This document shows, piece after piece, positions 23,401-32,396 of a DNA stretch of 64,000 nucleotides (its first letter is position 1; every line of letters starts with the position of its first letter). The DNA is taken from the IMG/VR virus record IMGVR_UViG_3300032282_001105, positions 8,306 through 72,305 of that record, one strand, 5' to 3'. The position numbers and the translations under genes are program-made. This stretch comes from a virus. The notes under the pieces are model-generated. The model was not told where the DNA came from, made no database searches, and saw only the letters and a program-made list of their open reading frames with translations.

Positions 23401-26400
23401 TTCAGGTGCATACGTATATGCACAAAGCGTCAATGCATTAAATGAAAATTATGGTAGTCAACCATATTATGGCACTGCATTAGATTTTAACAATAATTAT
23501 GTAGTTATTGGAACACCTAACTTTAGACCAAGTTATAACAATGGTCAAGTAATTATATACAACAATGCATCTGGTGAAACAGATTGGTCTGTGTATCGTA
23601 ATTCTGCACCAATCGTTAATACTGATGCAATACAAAACGTTCAGTTGTATAGTGTAACTACGAACAATACATTAGATAATTTAGATTATATTGATCCATT
23701 ACAGGGTAAAATACTAGGTGCAGTTAGTGAAAATTTAGATATTACATCTAATGCCGATCCTGCTAATTACAACAGTCCTGATGCAACAAACAAAGGGTCT
23801 ACTATTTGGGGAGCCGAAGAATTAGGAAAATTATGGTTTGATACCTCAACTACAAAATTTGTAAATTATCATCAGAGCGATGATGTTGTTTATAATAGTG
23901 TATGGTGGGGTCGTGTTTTCCCCGGTAGTGATGTAAGAGTTTATAGCTGGATCACAAGTGATGTACTGCCTATATTATATCAAGGCCCTGGTACACCTAG
24001 AAGCCTAGATAATTATGTTATTCAATATAGATTAAACAGTACTGGAACGATTGTACCTATATATTATTATTGGGTAAGAAATACGAATATTGTATTCAAT
24101 CAATTAGGAAAAACTTTATCAGATACTATTTGCGAATCGTACATTGCTACACCAATATCAACTGGCATATCATATATGGCGCCAATACAACCAAATGTAT
24201 TTGGTTTATATAATTGTGGTAGCAACATTAATAACACTGATACTGCATTACATATTGGTTTTGCAACAGGTACAAATGATGATGTTTCACATAGCGTTTA
24301 CAGTTTAATTCGTTCTAATTATGCTGATGATTTCTTGCCAGGATTACCTGGCATAGGTGACACACTAGTTCCTGAATCCTTATATAACAGAATGTTAGAA
24401 AGTTTTAGTGGAGTAGATCAGACCGGTGCAGTTGTACCTGATCCATACTTACCAAAACCAGTACAGTCAGGTATATTAGTTCGACCTCGTCAAAGTTTCT
24501 TCTATAATAGATTTAAAGGTCTAGAAAATTATCTTACATATGCAAATGAAGTATTTGCATTGTATCCTTTAGCTGAAACAAGTAGTTTGAAATTCTTGTT
24601 TACTGAAGGTCAAATCAATAAATCGACTGATCCGGTATATAATACTGACCCGTTAACACCTTATTATAGCACTAGTCCCTGGACAGGCCCGATTGAATTG
24701 TTTTACAATACACAAGATTACTGGGAACTAGTTAACTGGTGGGCTCCTGGCTATGATAACAATACTAGATCCGCAATGTTAGTTGAATCTTATTATGATT
24801 TAGCTCCTATCAATGCTCAGATAGGTTTGATTGTTACTGTTAATAAAAACGGTGAAGGTCTACAAGAAACTTATATATATGACGGTGCAGAATGGGTTCG
24901 TATTGGTTTACAAAGTGGCACCATACAATTTAAGAGTTCTTTATGGGATTATGCTGAAGCACGTTTGGGTTTTGGTGATAATTTCTTTGACACAACACCG
25001 TTTGATACCTTCCCTAGTGAAGAAACACGTTATATCATTCGTGCATTGAACGAAGAATTACCTAGTAACTTATTATTATATAGAAATAAATTGTTAACAT
25101 TGATGTTCCAATATATTGTAAGTGAAACAATTGAAAGTCAAAATTATCTACCTTGGTTGAACAAAACCTCATTCATTGATGTTGCACACACTATACGTGA
25201 ATTATTACCTCTAGAAGTATTCCAAAGTGATAATCAAGAATTCTTATCAGGCTATTTAAATGAAGCCAAGCCATTCCACGTTGTCATCAAAGATTTCTTA
25301 TTCAAATATACAGGAACAGATGTATATGAAGGTGAAATAACTGATTTTGATTTACCTGCTCAATACAATACACAATACCAACAATACATTACTCCTGAAC
25401 TAGTGTATGCTAATCCAAGTGGTATTAATCAATACTTGCCAAATGATCCTATCTGGCAAACTCAACCTTATATTAATTGGTTTAACAATCAAGGTTTAAG
25501 TATTACTGGTGTAAATAATTATCCTATTACAATATTAGCCTCATATATTTCAGAAAATAGTGGCTCGATAGTTGTAGACAACGTATATGGATTTCCAACA
25601 ATAGGCACTATTTTAATAGGTGATGAAGAAATTTCTTATTCAAGTGTTGATAGAGCATATAGCACGTTAAATGGATTGACACGTGGTGTAAACGATACAC
25701 CTATATCAAATCATATTCCGGGTGAGCAAATTATCATTGATTTACCTCCTGTATTATTATTAAATGGCGGAAGAGGGTATGCAAATCCCCCTAAAGTTAC
25801 CGCGTATATTGATACATCTATATACCCAGAACCAAGACGTGCGGCTATATTACAACCAGTAATGAGCTTAGATACAATTTTAAGAATTGATGTAGTAGAT
25901 CCGGGTGATGGTTACCAAGTATTACCTGAAATAGTAATTGAACCAAGTGTAGTCATTACATTTGCTAGTACAGAAGTAGGAGTATTAACAAATACAATTA
26001 CGCTACAAACTCAGTTTGTTCAAACCGGTGACCTAGTTCGATATTATACTGGCATAGATACTACACCAATTGGTGGAGTAGATGATGGTCAATATTATTA
26101 TATTGCTGTATTAGAAACATCTCCGTTTTATGTTATTGCATTATATACTTCATATGCTGATGCATTGCAGGATCGTGACAGAGTGATATTTACAGATGAA
26201 GGATCCGGAAATAATAATAACATTGCAGTAAGTGCAAGAGCAAGTTGTGTGTCAACTTCTGTCCCTATTAGAGAAAATAATATTACTCTACGATTTGATA
26301 GAACGACATATAACTCACCAATTACAGAATGGACACCAAATAATTTTTATGGTAGTTTCTATGCAGGTTTATTTAATAACAGCACTCAGGTTGCAAGTTC

Positions 26401-29400
26401 TAGTATTTTATTAGAAGCCACTCAGCCTCCTATCAATACTATTTTAGCTAGTGGTCAGGGTGCAACATTTGAAATACAAAGCGTAGTTAATGACCAAGTA
26501 GTAACATGGTCATCATTTATTCGTTCAGTAAGTGAAACAACAGCATCGGATGATTCTATCACTTTATCATATAGTAGTACAGAGCCAAATGCATCTGGAT
26601 CAACTATTGGTTTTTATGTTGGAATGCCAGTTATGTTTGCCGGAGCAGTGGGTTTAAGCAACATAGAAAATGATATAACTTATTATGTTAAGTCTATCGT
26701 TGACGAAGCTAATTTTACTATATCTGAAACAGTTGGTGGTCCAACATTTGCATTGAATGATGAAGTAATTAGCATTGCTGGTTTATCTTGTTATGCGGGT
26801 GAAGTAACAAATACTGCGATAGTAACAATAGCATATCCTGGAATATTGAATGTCACTACAACAGAACAAACAACTAACTTTATTACATCACCGTTATTAG
26901 CTAGTGGTTCAGGTGGTACTGCTGGATTCTATGTTGGTTTACCTGTATATTTTGTAGGTGATGTATTTGGTGGAGTCATTGAGAATGATCCATATTACAT
27001 TATAACAATTATTGACGATGAGACATTTACTATATCAAAAGAGAATGATCCGTTAGTTTTAGACGTTACTGCTACATCATCTACTGGAAATGTAGTAACT
27101 GTATCTTCAACTCTACAACTAGCAGTTAATGATCCTATCATCTTCACTGGTGATACGTTTGGTAGTAACATTGTTGCAGGTACTGTATATTATGTTAGAA
27201 GTATAGTATCCGGTGGTATTACTATTGCTAGTGTATTAAACGGTGGTGCAGTTCCATTAACAACTGCTTCAGGTTCTTGCACATTAACTAGTCAAGCAAC
27301 AGCATTGCAGTTAACAACTGTAAATAACGGCTCAATGACAATGAATGTTGGATTACCGGTAAGTCCAGGACAAATTAATGGACAACAGTTTACATTCTAT
27401 CAAACAGAATCATCTATTGCTACAGGTGTAACAGGTACTAATGGTAACTTAATTATACGAAATACTGTTGCTAGTACTGATAACGGCAATGCATTGTTCA
27501 TATCATACTTGGATGGTGGTACAACAAATATGTACACTAACTTACCGTTCCAATTAGATGATACGATAGGTGGATTGTCTGCTAACACAACTTACTATGT
27601 TTTATCATTAGAAAATATATCAGTTAATGTAACTAGTACAAGTTCTTCTGGTACTATAACTTGTGCTTCTACTATTGGTTTTTATGAAGATATGCCGGTA
27701 TATTTTACCGGAGCAGTGTTTGGTGGAATAGACGATTTCAATATTTATTACATCAAAACAATCAATAGTCTAAACACGTTTACAATGTCTACTACTATTG
27801 GTGGAAGCACATTTGTACCAACTACTGATAATGGTTTAATGACGTTAACCGTTGATGATCCTTATATTACTGTTAGTGCTACTCCAAGTGGTAGTGCAAT
27901 AACTCTATCCGAAGAAATAAAAGAAGTAATACTAACTCAATACCCAACAGCAGTTCCATCATTCAATATAGGAACTTCATTGGGTGGTTATACAGTAGAG
28001 ATTGTTGCAGACGGTGAGGGATATACATTTGACAATACGATTACTATTCCAGGAACAAGTTTAGGTGGAACGACCCCGACAAATGACCTCGTACTAACAG
28101 TTAATGGTATTTATGTTATTGTTGCAAATCCTGACTTTATATATTATCCTGATCCAGATTTCTTGTTACCATTAGTATCTGATGGAACTATTACAAGTGT
28201 GATTGGTTCAGGAACTCCTGTCAACATTGTAAATCAATATTACTTGAAAGTTATATCTGCAACACAATGTGAAGTTTATTCTGATCCATTAATGCAACTT
28301 CCAGTAAGTGGTATAGGATTCCCATATAACGCAGAAGATTATGCGTTATTACCTGAGCCGTTCTACTTTGACCAATCGATTGTTAAGTATAATAATCAAG
28401 TATGGCAATGTGTTATTAGTAACAATGATAGTGAATTTATCTTAGGTAAATGGGAACTACTGGTCAGCGGTGATAGGAAACTTAATGAGTTAGACCGTAT
28501 TGTTGGTTATTATCAACCTACTGTAAATATGCCTGGGGTAGACTTAACTCAATTGGTCACTGGAATTACTTATCCTAATGGAACTTACAAAGATAACGCT
28601 TTTGCTCCAGAGGATCAATATACATTAGATACTATTTTAGAAGATAAGCCGTTTGGTGAAATTGGTGAGACTATATACAATGTACAAGGTGATCCATTCC
28701 AAGCAGGTTATGGACCAGAAGAATTAGTACCAGGAGTGGTTACTGATAACCTAGCAATGATTGTTACAACTAGACCGGGAACTAATTGGGATGCAGAAAT
28801 ATATCAAAATGTAGGTTTCAATGTAGTATCAACCGAAGTAACACCTACATCAGGTCAACAGGAATTCTCATTCAGTCTTATTGTAGAGAATCCGGCAAAT
28901 ATGGCATTATTTGATATTAATAATGCTACCAATTTAAGCACTAGAATATATGAGTATTCAGTTGATTGGGTTAATAAAGTTATAACTTTAGATACTGCAT
29001 TAGCATCAAATCATAATTTGCGTATAGATTTATATGAAGTTGGTAATGGAGATCAGTTAGTAAAATCTAATTCACAAGTCATACCGTTTATTGACAATGA
29101 AACAACTGGTTTTGTTGAGATGCCATTAGGTTGTAATTATTCTGCTAACATATACAGTGGTTCTGGAATAATTAGACCAAATACAGATCCTAAACAAGTT
29201 ACTGCAACTGAAACTGATGCATTAGATAACGGTATCGTGTGTGATAGTGTGGACTATTTTGCACTTAATGCACCTATAACATTCCAAGGTGCTGTATTTG
29301 GAAATATAGTTGCTGGAACTCAGTACTACATTAAAACAATTAGTACTATTACTAATAAAATAACTGTTTCAGAAACTATTGTTACTGGTATACCAGGACC

Positions 29401-31579
29401 TACTTTTATTGTTAGCTCTGATACAGGTACAATGTTAGTAAACATTCAATCATCTAATGGACTAGTTTGGTCAGATCCTATTGTAGTACACAACGGAACT
29501 AATCTTGTATTGGGTGAACAGGGTATTGTTACTGAAACAATTAGTGGTACTAATAAGATTGTAGTTAACTCTACAGACCATTATGAAGTAGATGATACCG
29601 TTGTGTTTAGTAATGCTATTGATGACCCTGATGGAACATTTGTTGGTTGTGGTCTAGTATCACAACAAATATATTACATTACTTCTATTACAGGTAATCA
29701 GTTTACAGTATCAAACACAATGGGCGGAGCAAATGTAACATTGAATGATGCAACTGGTATTGCGTTATGTATAACTAATGATTATGCTATTTCTATTGTT
29801 GAACAGGGTATAACTGCTAAATTTGTATTTGCTAATCAATATAATCAGAATGATGATTTTGTTGTACTATCAGTGTTTGGAGAGACAGCACCGTTACAAT
29901 ACGGATATACATTACCAGTATTAGAACAGTTTACTGCAACTGCGGGTCAAACTGTTTTCAACTTATCTAACTATGTAACTGGTGACAATCCAGATAACGC
30001 AATTGTAGAAATAAATGGCCTACGTTTAAATGATACTGCTTATACAATTAGTGATCTAACTGATACATTAACATTAAATAGTGGTGCAACCTTAGGTGAT
30101 ATTGTTGCTGTAACTAGTTATAACTTAACAGATCGTCAATACTTAAATACTCAATATGGTATTACAGGTAAAACAGTATCTACTATTCAAACTATTAACA
30201 ATCAAATTACAAGTCCGTTGGTAACAACAGTTGTAACTGCTACATCATCTATTGGCAACTTCTTAACGTGTGTTGACACTAGTAGCTTTATTGATAACCA
30301 AACTATTATATTCCAAGGCGTAGGTATAGGTAATGTATTAACAAATGGTACTGTGTATTATGTAAAATCTGTGACGTTCCCGTATGACGGCACATTTACT
30401 ATTTCTCAAACCTTAGGTGGCCCGACATTTGATCCAGGTACTGGTTCAGGTAATATGCTAACTACTGTTGGCGGACAACCTGCAGTTCGTGTAACTACTG
30501 CATCTGCACACGGAATAACTGCACCAACTGGATCGGATCAATTATTTAGAATTTCAGGAACACAGGGTTCTGTGCAACTGAATAATAATACATATTATGT
30601 TCACGTAATTAGTCCAACTGAAGTTGATTTATATACTATTCAACCTTATAACTCAGCTATCAATGCAACAAACTATCCAGTGACTCAAATATCAACTTGG
30701 ACAGGTGGCGGGTATATTTTTGAGGATGAATCATTTGTTATTGTTAATGATTGGGATCAAACTAATGTTGATAGATTGTGGGTTACGGTTAACGGAAAAC
30801 GTGTACCATCAAGTTCATTGTATCTAAATGCTAATAACAACCTAACTATTTCAACTCAAATAATATCAAGTGATATTGTTATCATTACAAGTATGATGCC
30901 CACAGCTACTCCAAATCAGTTGGTGTATATTCAAACAGTTAATAAGAACGGAACACAGACTGTGTTCAGAGCAAATTCATTAACTAGAACTTGGTTAACA
31001 TATGGCTTACAAGATGTAGATACTGTGTTATATGTAGAAGATGTGTCTAAGATAACTGAGTCTATTACGCAGAGTGTGACTGCTCCTACTGTAGTAGATG
31101 ATACTATGAGCATAGGACTTGAGGGAGACAAGAATACTATTTCACAGGTTATTGTTTATAATAATAGTACAAATGCTACAATAGATCCTGCAAATTATGG
31201 AATTGTTATTGAAGATGTTGCTCCTATTTTAGTAATAGATATTGACCCATTGTCTCCATCTATTACTGTAGGGGATTCTTTAACTATAACAGTAATTGTG
31301 GGCAATTTAGTTTATATTAACGGTGAGCAGATACGCTTCACTACTGTAGATTTTATTAATAATACATTGTCTGGTTTACAACGTGGTTATAACGGAACTG
31401 GCAAACAGGTATATATTCCTAAATATACAGAAGTTTACAGTGTATTAACTTCTAATATTTTACCGAGTGTTTACATAGATCAAAGTTGGAACTCATTTAA
31501 CTATAATCCTATAGAGGGTGATCCACTACAGATTAGCACGACAGTTCCTGCTATTTTCTTAAATGCTGATGTTCCTTGA
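14426..31579 (+). CDS. Giant (5717 aa) modular virion structural protein, probable baseplate wedge (gp7-position) / adhesin
   Basis: Uninterrupted 17 kb ORF following gp6. Thr/Ser/Asn-rich, with FG-GAP-like blades and repeated beta modules. Confidence 0.75.
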   Translation: MAARIRTLNFLPDIFQTPTNAQFLGATLDQIVDQPNTMRIEGYIGSKFGYGINAKDNYVIEPTKVRTDYQLDPGVVFTKTNTSTAKDFISYPGIIDALKLEGAITDNNDRLFNSQFYSWDSFTNLDKIINFNQYYWLPTGAPAVNISTDIVYTATDYTVQSLPNGYKISSDVNPGGTTNPTLTLIRGGTYTFTVNQSSEFWIQGKPGITGYDPQQPNIQTRDVLGVENNGTSTGVVVFTVPYKDAQNEYNFPGNNLVDVVSTLPFDQINGQLLSDVGNIDGVTGLEGLTVMFYNTGSPFLVSAGSFVVGTTYTITDLGDTTQLQWNTIAGTSSVTYAVGDSFIAAAVGTGTGTAKALTGYVSKFYDTTLYDEDGGVSYTPPGTTADFNNYEGGYYTDIYSTFYTITYEGSASDPVLRLVPSTAIPTSQKITVTYGTQWKARNFYRTTVGTINLIPYLSAILDTLYYQDSVSVNKVGIIRLIENNSTNQIDINDILGREQYTSPNGVVFTNGLKVSFSGDIFPTSYKTGEYYVEGVGTAIELIDTSTLIAPEPFTEGSYIPYDTLPYDDGNYDSTLYVPVYQDYITIARNSIDKNAWSRSNRWFHIDVINATATYNNNPDIATVYATQYNKAKRPIIEFYPNLRLFDNGIIGKAPIDFFDDRTTDAFTYVAGQENYWPDVEVFTAYTAAIAGVTGDTTTTITVLENDVTGTFQVGQFISDTTNQLPSNTQITDIASATVDGVTTLTLTVEWITPANVGTVTDASLVADDVSNDNYSLYDGARIVFSVDTNPEVKNKIYVVRLSDIAGDGTKVITLTEADDGLVLPLECTFAFKGFNNQGKDFYFDGVEWFLAQLKTTVNQAPYFDIFDNDGISFGNTDVYVGTSFKGNKLFSYGIGSGIKDIVLGFPLRYSSVNNVGDISFDVPLNSATFNYVNGTTPKTQQVNTGYVYNYTSGTNVVRQLGWQTAVAESRQYQIFSFNYVASEATTTYTCDIAAETNTVWPNIQVYVNNVLQAKDTYTYTINANSTVVNFTVPDPSIDTIVEITLLSDQVSKTAYYQVPINLQNNPFNADVTVVNVGDIRGQYQSIFYNNPNTTGVVFGANNYRDLGNLVPWGTKIIQNSASLVLPGSLLRLQNHNLINSIQYSSQQYINFKSLLVYTIDKTEYNVRQSPATILDDALDQITSNKTNTEPFFWSDMLPSKAAYVTNTYTFANSLDVSIYPLTRIYNYSTANYYGVLVYLTTTVGNITTTVQLIINQDYTISTDSPSLTITKDLAPGDIITIREYNQTFGSYVPNTPTKLGLYPSFIPSVVLDSDYSQPTYFIQGHDGSYNKLYGDYIDGYLIDFRDQALLEFEKRVYNNLKLSDIVPVTEYDVIPGFFRTTNYSYDEILQIYSQYFLNWVGQNRLEYKKQFYQPNDEFSYNYTQSGNKINGQAFEQGFWRGIYEYFYDTSTPNLTPWEMIGFSNEPTWWTSRYGASPYTSDNLVLWGDMAAGINWNNGDPIVLPQFIREQLLEVIPVDSAGNLLSPFDAVMGNYNQKTFRNNWVVGDVGPVEFSYRRSSSWPFDLMKILALTKPAQFFNLGFDVDNYKYSSEFNQFLVNNRSHLVISDVAIYGNGTAKTSYVNWIVDYEKQAGITATENITELFDNLDVRLIYRLAGFSDKSLLGFFVEKGTPNSRNASLLIPDESYSVILYDNVPISTIIYSGVVVQSTSTGWKVFGNSQDTAYFTTVTPKINGNYNKVTVGNQSVQIANDYTETKINIVPYGTEFVDIQSLSQFIASYGQFLLTQGVLFDQIESGIDVNWRQMITELLYWIQSGWENGSLINLNPAANLITINKESHVVQPLTLQKQNFILNQNFYPIQSTDLSVNRDSTFFSARPLNEGDTVAYGQFNISNFEHGIVFDNVTLFNDVLYNLTTGLRQNRILTRGTKSADWNGTIDAQGFILNQDNIEEWSPNQKYTRGSIVKYKNKYWFALKVLNAKDIFEEQYWKETDYNEIQKGLLPNSSTRSYESTLFYDTNKANLDQDSDLLSWSLIGYRPRDYLALADLTDITQVNVYKNLIKEKGTRVATDTFRGLTLPQGGIDYDIYENWAIKTGEFGGVLNNNFVDFRLNQNVLTSNPSIVGLTNGTFTTGVQQEVPTYSIFNYGRPVNSPNVLPTLPSDTPNRLLPDAGYANFNDIKISSYYYNGLNTAVTPLSQLYVNEYVWLADYNSTWQVYTPTSAGQVIGAVNNLNGTVTIQFATQHNLTKYQPFAIVNFNSNINGYRIVASVVDAFRITIALNISPSITGITGNGVAFKFSSQRVATPSDINNLPLLDSEFVKNKVWVDENNDGSWAVYSKSLNYVFNDELLKTGSSTYGSAVAQTSALGYLITDATAGKAYRYSYNVVFDTYSIVQTLDHDVSFGTSITYTDDIFVISEPTSGSPKVYVYQLEQTTLVDQLNLIQTITAEDGSTNWGSAISVSGDKNWLYISATDLNRVYVYRKSNPNTYSAGTFTVGKSYTITSLGTTTQNEWNIIAGTNLNPEPVVYSVGSSFVCADPGTGSGTATDITYVQVTYLSTTLSPGDNFGYALATNYYGNTVVTSAPEKDTIVADLGTAYSFERIVQNFEASYNSLPFTPQTFSLIFTPNTTPVTVTATNSGTDRFTCASSASLVVGDPIVFTGTVFGGVSLNTVYYVLAKPTGTTFTVSTELGGSILQLTTDSGSMIAVQQTEPIFVSVNGTLIDDSNYGVTNSSINIYSSLTAGDIITVSGSEFVLTQEFASVDSNPEVGTNFGYSLDVDNYANEILIGAPFEINSQNEEGAVYRYTNSGGSYGIVTGTTECNVLTPVTILVNGYSVLIPAGNASTVASAIASAKITNVTASASANNILTIQVISVDLAYINAKLTVSVLDATVLDQLGIQLYTQTQLINDPHSQGRTQFGSTIKFNESGSFVVSAPASARYSDTTFDASDDENYNNDTLFDNNTTQWIDSFNNAGAVYMYDYLPVYNESVINSGAYVYAQSVNALNENYGSQPYYGTALDFNNNYVVIGTPNFRPSYNNGQVIIYNNASGETDWSVYRNSAPIVNTDAIQNVQLYSVTTNNTLDNLDYIDPLQGKILGAVSENLDITSNADPANYNSPDATNKGSTIWGAEELGKLWFDTSTTKFVNYHQSDDVVYNSVWWGRVFPGSDVRVYSWITSDVLPILYQGPGTPRSLDNYVIQYRLNSTGTIVPIYYYWVRNTNIVFNQLGKTLSDTICESYIATPISTGISYMAPIQPNVFGLYNCGSNINNTDTALHIGFATGTNDDVSHSVYSLIRSNYADDFLPGLPGIGDTLVPESLYNRMLESFSGVDQTGAVVPDPYLPKPVQSGILVRPRQSFFYNRFKGLENYLTYANEVFALYPLAETSSLKFLFTEGQINKSTDPVYNTDPLTPYYSTSPWTGPIELFYNTQDYWELVNWWAPGYDNNTRSAMLVESYYDLAPINAQIGLIVTVNKNGEGLQETYIYDGAEWVRIGLQSGTIQFKSSLWDYAEARLGFGDNFFDTTPFDTFPSEETRYIIRALNEELPSNLLLYRNKLLTLMFQYIVSETIESQNYLPWLNKTSFIDVAHTIRELLPLEVFQSDNQEFLSGYLNEAKPFHVVIKDFLFKYTGTDVYEGEITDFDLPAQYNTQYQQYITPELVYANPSGINQYLPNDPIWQTQPYINWFNNQGLSITGVNNYPITILASYISENSGSIVVDNVYGFPTIGTILIGDEEISYSSVDRAYSTLNGLTRGVNDTPISNHIPGEQIIIDLPPVLLLNGGRGYANPPKVTAYIDTSIYPEPRRAAILQPVMSLDTILRIDVVDPGDGYQVLPEIVIEPSVVITFASTEVGVLTNTITLQTQFVQTGDLVRYYTGIDTTPIGGVDDGQYYYIAVLETSPFYVIALYTSYADALQDRDRVIFTDEGSGNNNNIAVSARASCVSTSVPIRENNITLRFDRTTYNSPITEWTPNNFYGSFYAGLFNNSTQVASSSILLEATQPPINTILASGQGATFEIQSVVNDQVVTWSSFIRSVSETTASDDSITLSYSSTEPNASGSTIGFYVGMPVMFAGAVGLSNIENDITYYVKSIVDEANFTISETVGGPTFALNDEVISIAGLSCYAGEVTNTAIVTIAYPGILNVTTTEQTTNFITSPLLASGSGGTAGFYVGLPVYFVGDVFGGVIENDPYYIITIIDDETFTISKENDPLVLDVTATSSTGNVVTVSSTLQLAVNDPIIFTGDTFGSNIVAGTVYYVRSIVSGGITIASVLNGGAVPLTTASGSCTLTSQATALQLTTVNNGSMTMNVGLPVSPGQINGQQFTFYQTESSIATGVTGTNGNLIIRNTVASTDNGNALFISYLDGGTTNMYTNLPFQLDDTIGGLSANTTYYVLSLENISVNVTSTSSSGTITCASTIGFYEDMPVYFTGAVFGGIDDFNIYYIKTINSLNTFTMSTTIGGSTFVPTTDNGLMTLTVDDPYITVSATPSGSAITLSEEIKEVILTQYPTAVPSFNIGTSLGGYTVEIVADGEGYTFDNTITIPGTSLGGTTPTNDLVLTVNGIYVIVANPDFIYYPDPDFLLPLVSDGTITSVIGSGTPVNIVNQYYLKVISATQCEVYSDPLMQLPVSGIGFPYNAEDYALLPEPFYFDQSIVKYNNQVWQCVISNNDSEFILGKWELLVSGDRKLNELDRIVGYYQPTVNMPGVDLTQLVTGITYPNGTYKDNAFAPEDQYTLDTILEDKPFGEIGETIYNVQGDPFQAGYGPEELVPGVVTDNLAMIVTTRPGTNWDAEIYQNVGFNVVSTEVTPTSGQQEFSFSLIVENPANMALFDINNATNLSTRIYEYSVDWVNKVITLDTALASNHNLRIDLYEVGNGDQLVKSNSQVIPFIDNETTGFVEMPLGCNYSANIYSGSGIIRPNTDPKQVTATETDALDNGIVCDSVDYFALNAPITFQGAVFGNIVAGTQYYIKTISTITNKITVSETIVTGIPGPTFIVSSDTGTMLVNIQSSNGLVWSDPIVVHNGTNLVLGEQGIVTETISGTNKIVVNSTDHYEVDDTVVFSNAIDDPDGTFVGCGLVSQQIYYITSITGNQFTVSNTMGGANVTLNDATGIALCITNDYAISIVEQGITAKFVFANQYNQNDDFVVLSVFGETAPLQYGYTLPVLEQFTATAGQTVFNLSNYVTGDNPDNAIVEINGLRLNDTAYTISDLTDTLTLNSGATLGDIVAVTSYNLTDRQYLNTQYGITGKTVSTIQTINNQITSPLVTTVVTATSSIGNFLTCVDTSSFIDNQTIIFQGVGIGNVLTNGTVYYVKSVTFPYDGTFTISQTLGGPTFDPGTGSGNMLTTVGGQPAVRVTTASAHGITAPTGSDQLFRISGTQGSVQLNNNTYYVHVISPTEVDLYTIQPYNSAINATNYPVTQISTWTGGGYIFEDESFVIVNDWDQTNVDRLWVTVNGKRVPSSSLYLNANNNLTISTQIISSDIVIITSMMPTATPNQLVYIQTVNKNGTQTVFRANSLTRTWLTYGLQDVDTVLYVEDVSKITESITQSVTAPTVVDDTMSIGLEGDKNTISQVIVYNNSTNATIDPANYGIVIEDVAPILVIDIDPLSPSITVGDSLTITVIVGNLVYINGEQIRFTTVDFINNTLSGLQRGYNGTGKQVYIPKYTEVYSVLTSNILPSVYIDQSWNSFNYNPIEGDPLQISTTVPAIFLNADVP

Positions 31580-31594
31580 AAGATAAATAAGTAA

Positions 31595-31744
31595 ATGAAT
31601 AATACTACAGAAAATAAACCTGAAACTAAACCGGAAGTTGGACCAAAACCCAACGAATCCGGAGGTTTCTATTTTTCATCTTTTCTAAAAATAACGGATC
31701 CAAACACAAAAGAAGTTTTGGTTCAAACACGGGGCGATAACTAA
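31595..31744 (+). CDS. Small 49-aa protein (MNNTTENKPE...FLKITDPNTKEVLVQTRGDN)
   Basis: Below the ORF-track cutoff. Fills the gap exactly, TAAATA at 31584-31589 upstream, TAATG coupling to the next gene, and shares the FLKIxDPN motif with it. Confidence 0.75.
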   Translation: MNNTTENKPETKPEVGPKPNESGGFYFSSFLKITDPNTKEVLVQTRGDN

Positions 31745-32364
31745 TGTCAGTAATAACACTATCATATAAAGTAGAGGGTTTCTTAAAGATATACGACCCT
31801 AACAACGGCGAAATATTCGTTGATAAGAAAAATGCTATTAATTACGAAAATATGTCAGAAGCAATTGCTGACACATTAAGCAGTCGTGGATACGGTGAAA
31901 TTTATCAGATGGCGTTCGGGAACGGTGGTGCAAGCGTAGATGAAACAGGTGTTATCACATATCTACCCCCGAATACTACTGGCCAAAATGCGGCTCTGTA
32001 CAATCAGACCTATGCTAAAATCGTTGACGATACCAGTGTTTTTAACCTAGATCCAACAAGAAACAAGATGACAGTTAGTCACACTACTGGTAAGGTTTAT
32101 ACTGACATTTTAGTACAATGTTTGCTTGACTACGGTGAGCCTTCTGGCCAAGCGGCATTTGACAACAGCACACAAACTGATTCCAGCTATATTTTTGATG
32201 AATTGGGTCTATTAGCTAACTACGGCACTGATAGTAATGGAAACGTTATAACAAGATTATTAACTCACGTTATTTTCCACCCAGTCCAAAAGAGTTTAAA
32301 TAGACAGATTCAAATAGATTATACCGTTAGAATCCAAGCATTGACAAACTTAGTCACAATTTAA
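31744..32364 (+). CDS. Virion structural protein (baseplate/fibre attachment)
   Basis: FDELGL...LLTHVIFHPVQKSLNRQIQIDYTVRI resembles tail-collar/baseplate proteins; structural operon context. Confidence 0.6.
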   Translation: MSVITLSYKVEGFLKIYDPNNGEIFVDKKNAINYENMSEAIADTLSSRGYGEIYQMAFGNGGASVDETGVITYLPPNTTGQNAALYNQTYAKIVDDTSVFNLDPTRNKMTVSHTTGKVYTDILVQCLLDYGEPSGQAAFDNSTQTDSSYIFDELGLLANYGTDSNGNVITRLLTHVIFHPVQKSLNRQIQIDYTVRIQALTNLVTI

Positions 32365-32396
32365 GATAAATAAAAGAGACCCCGGAGTAATTAAAC

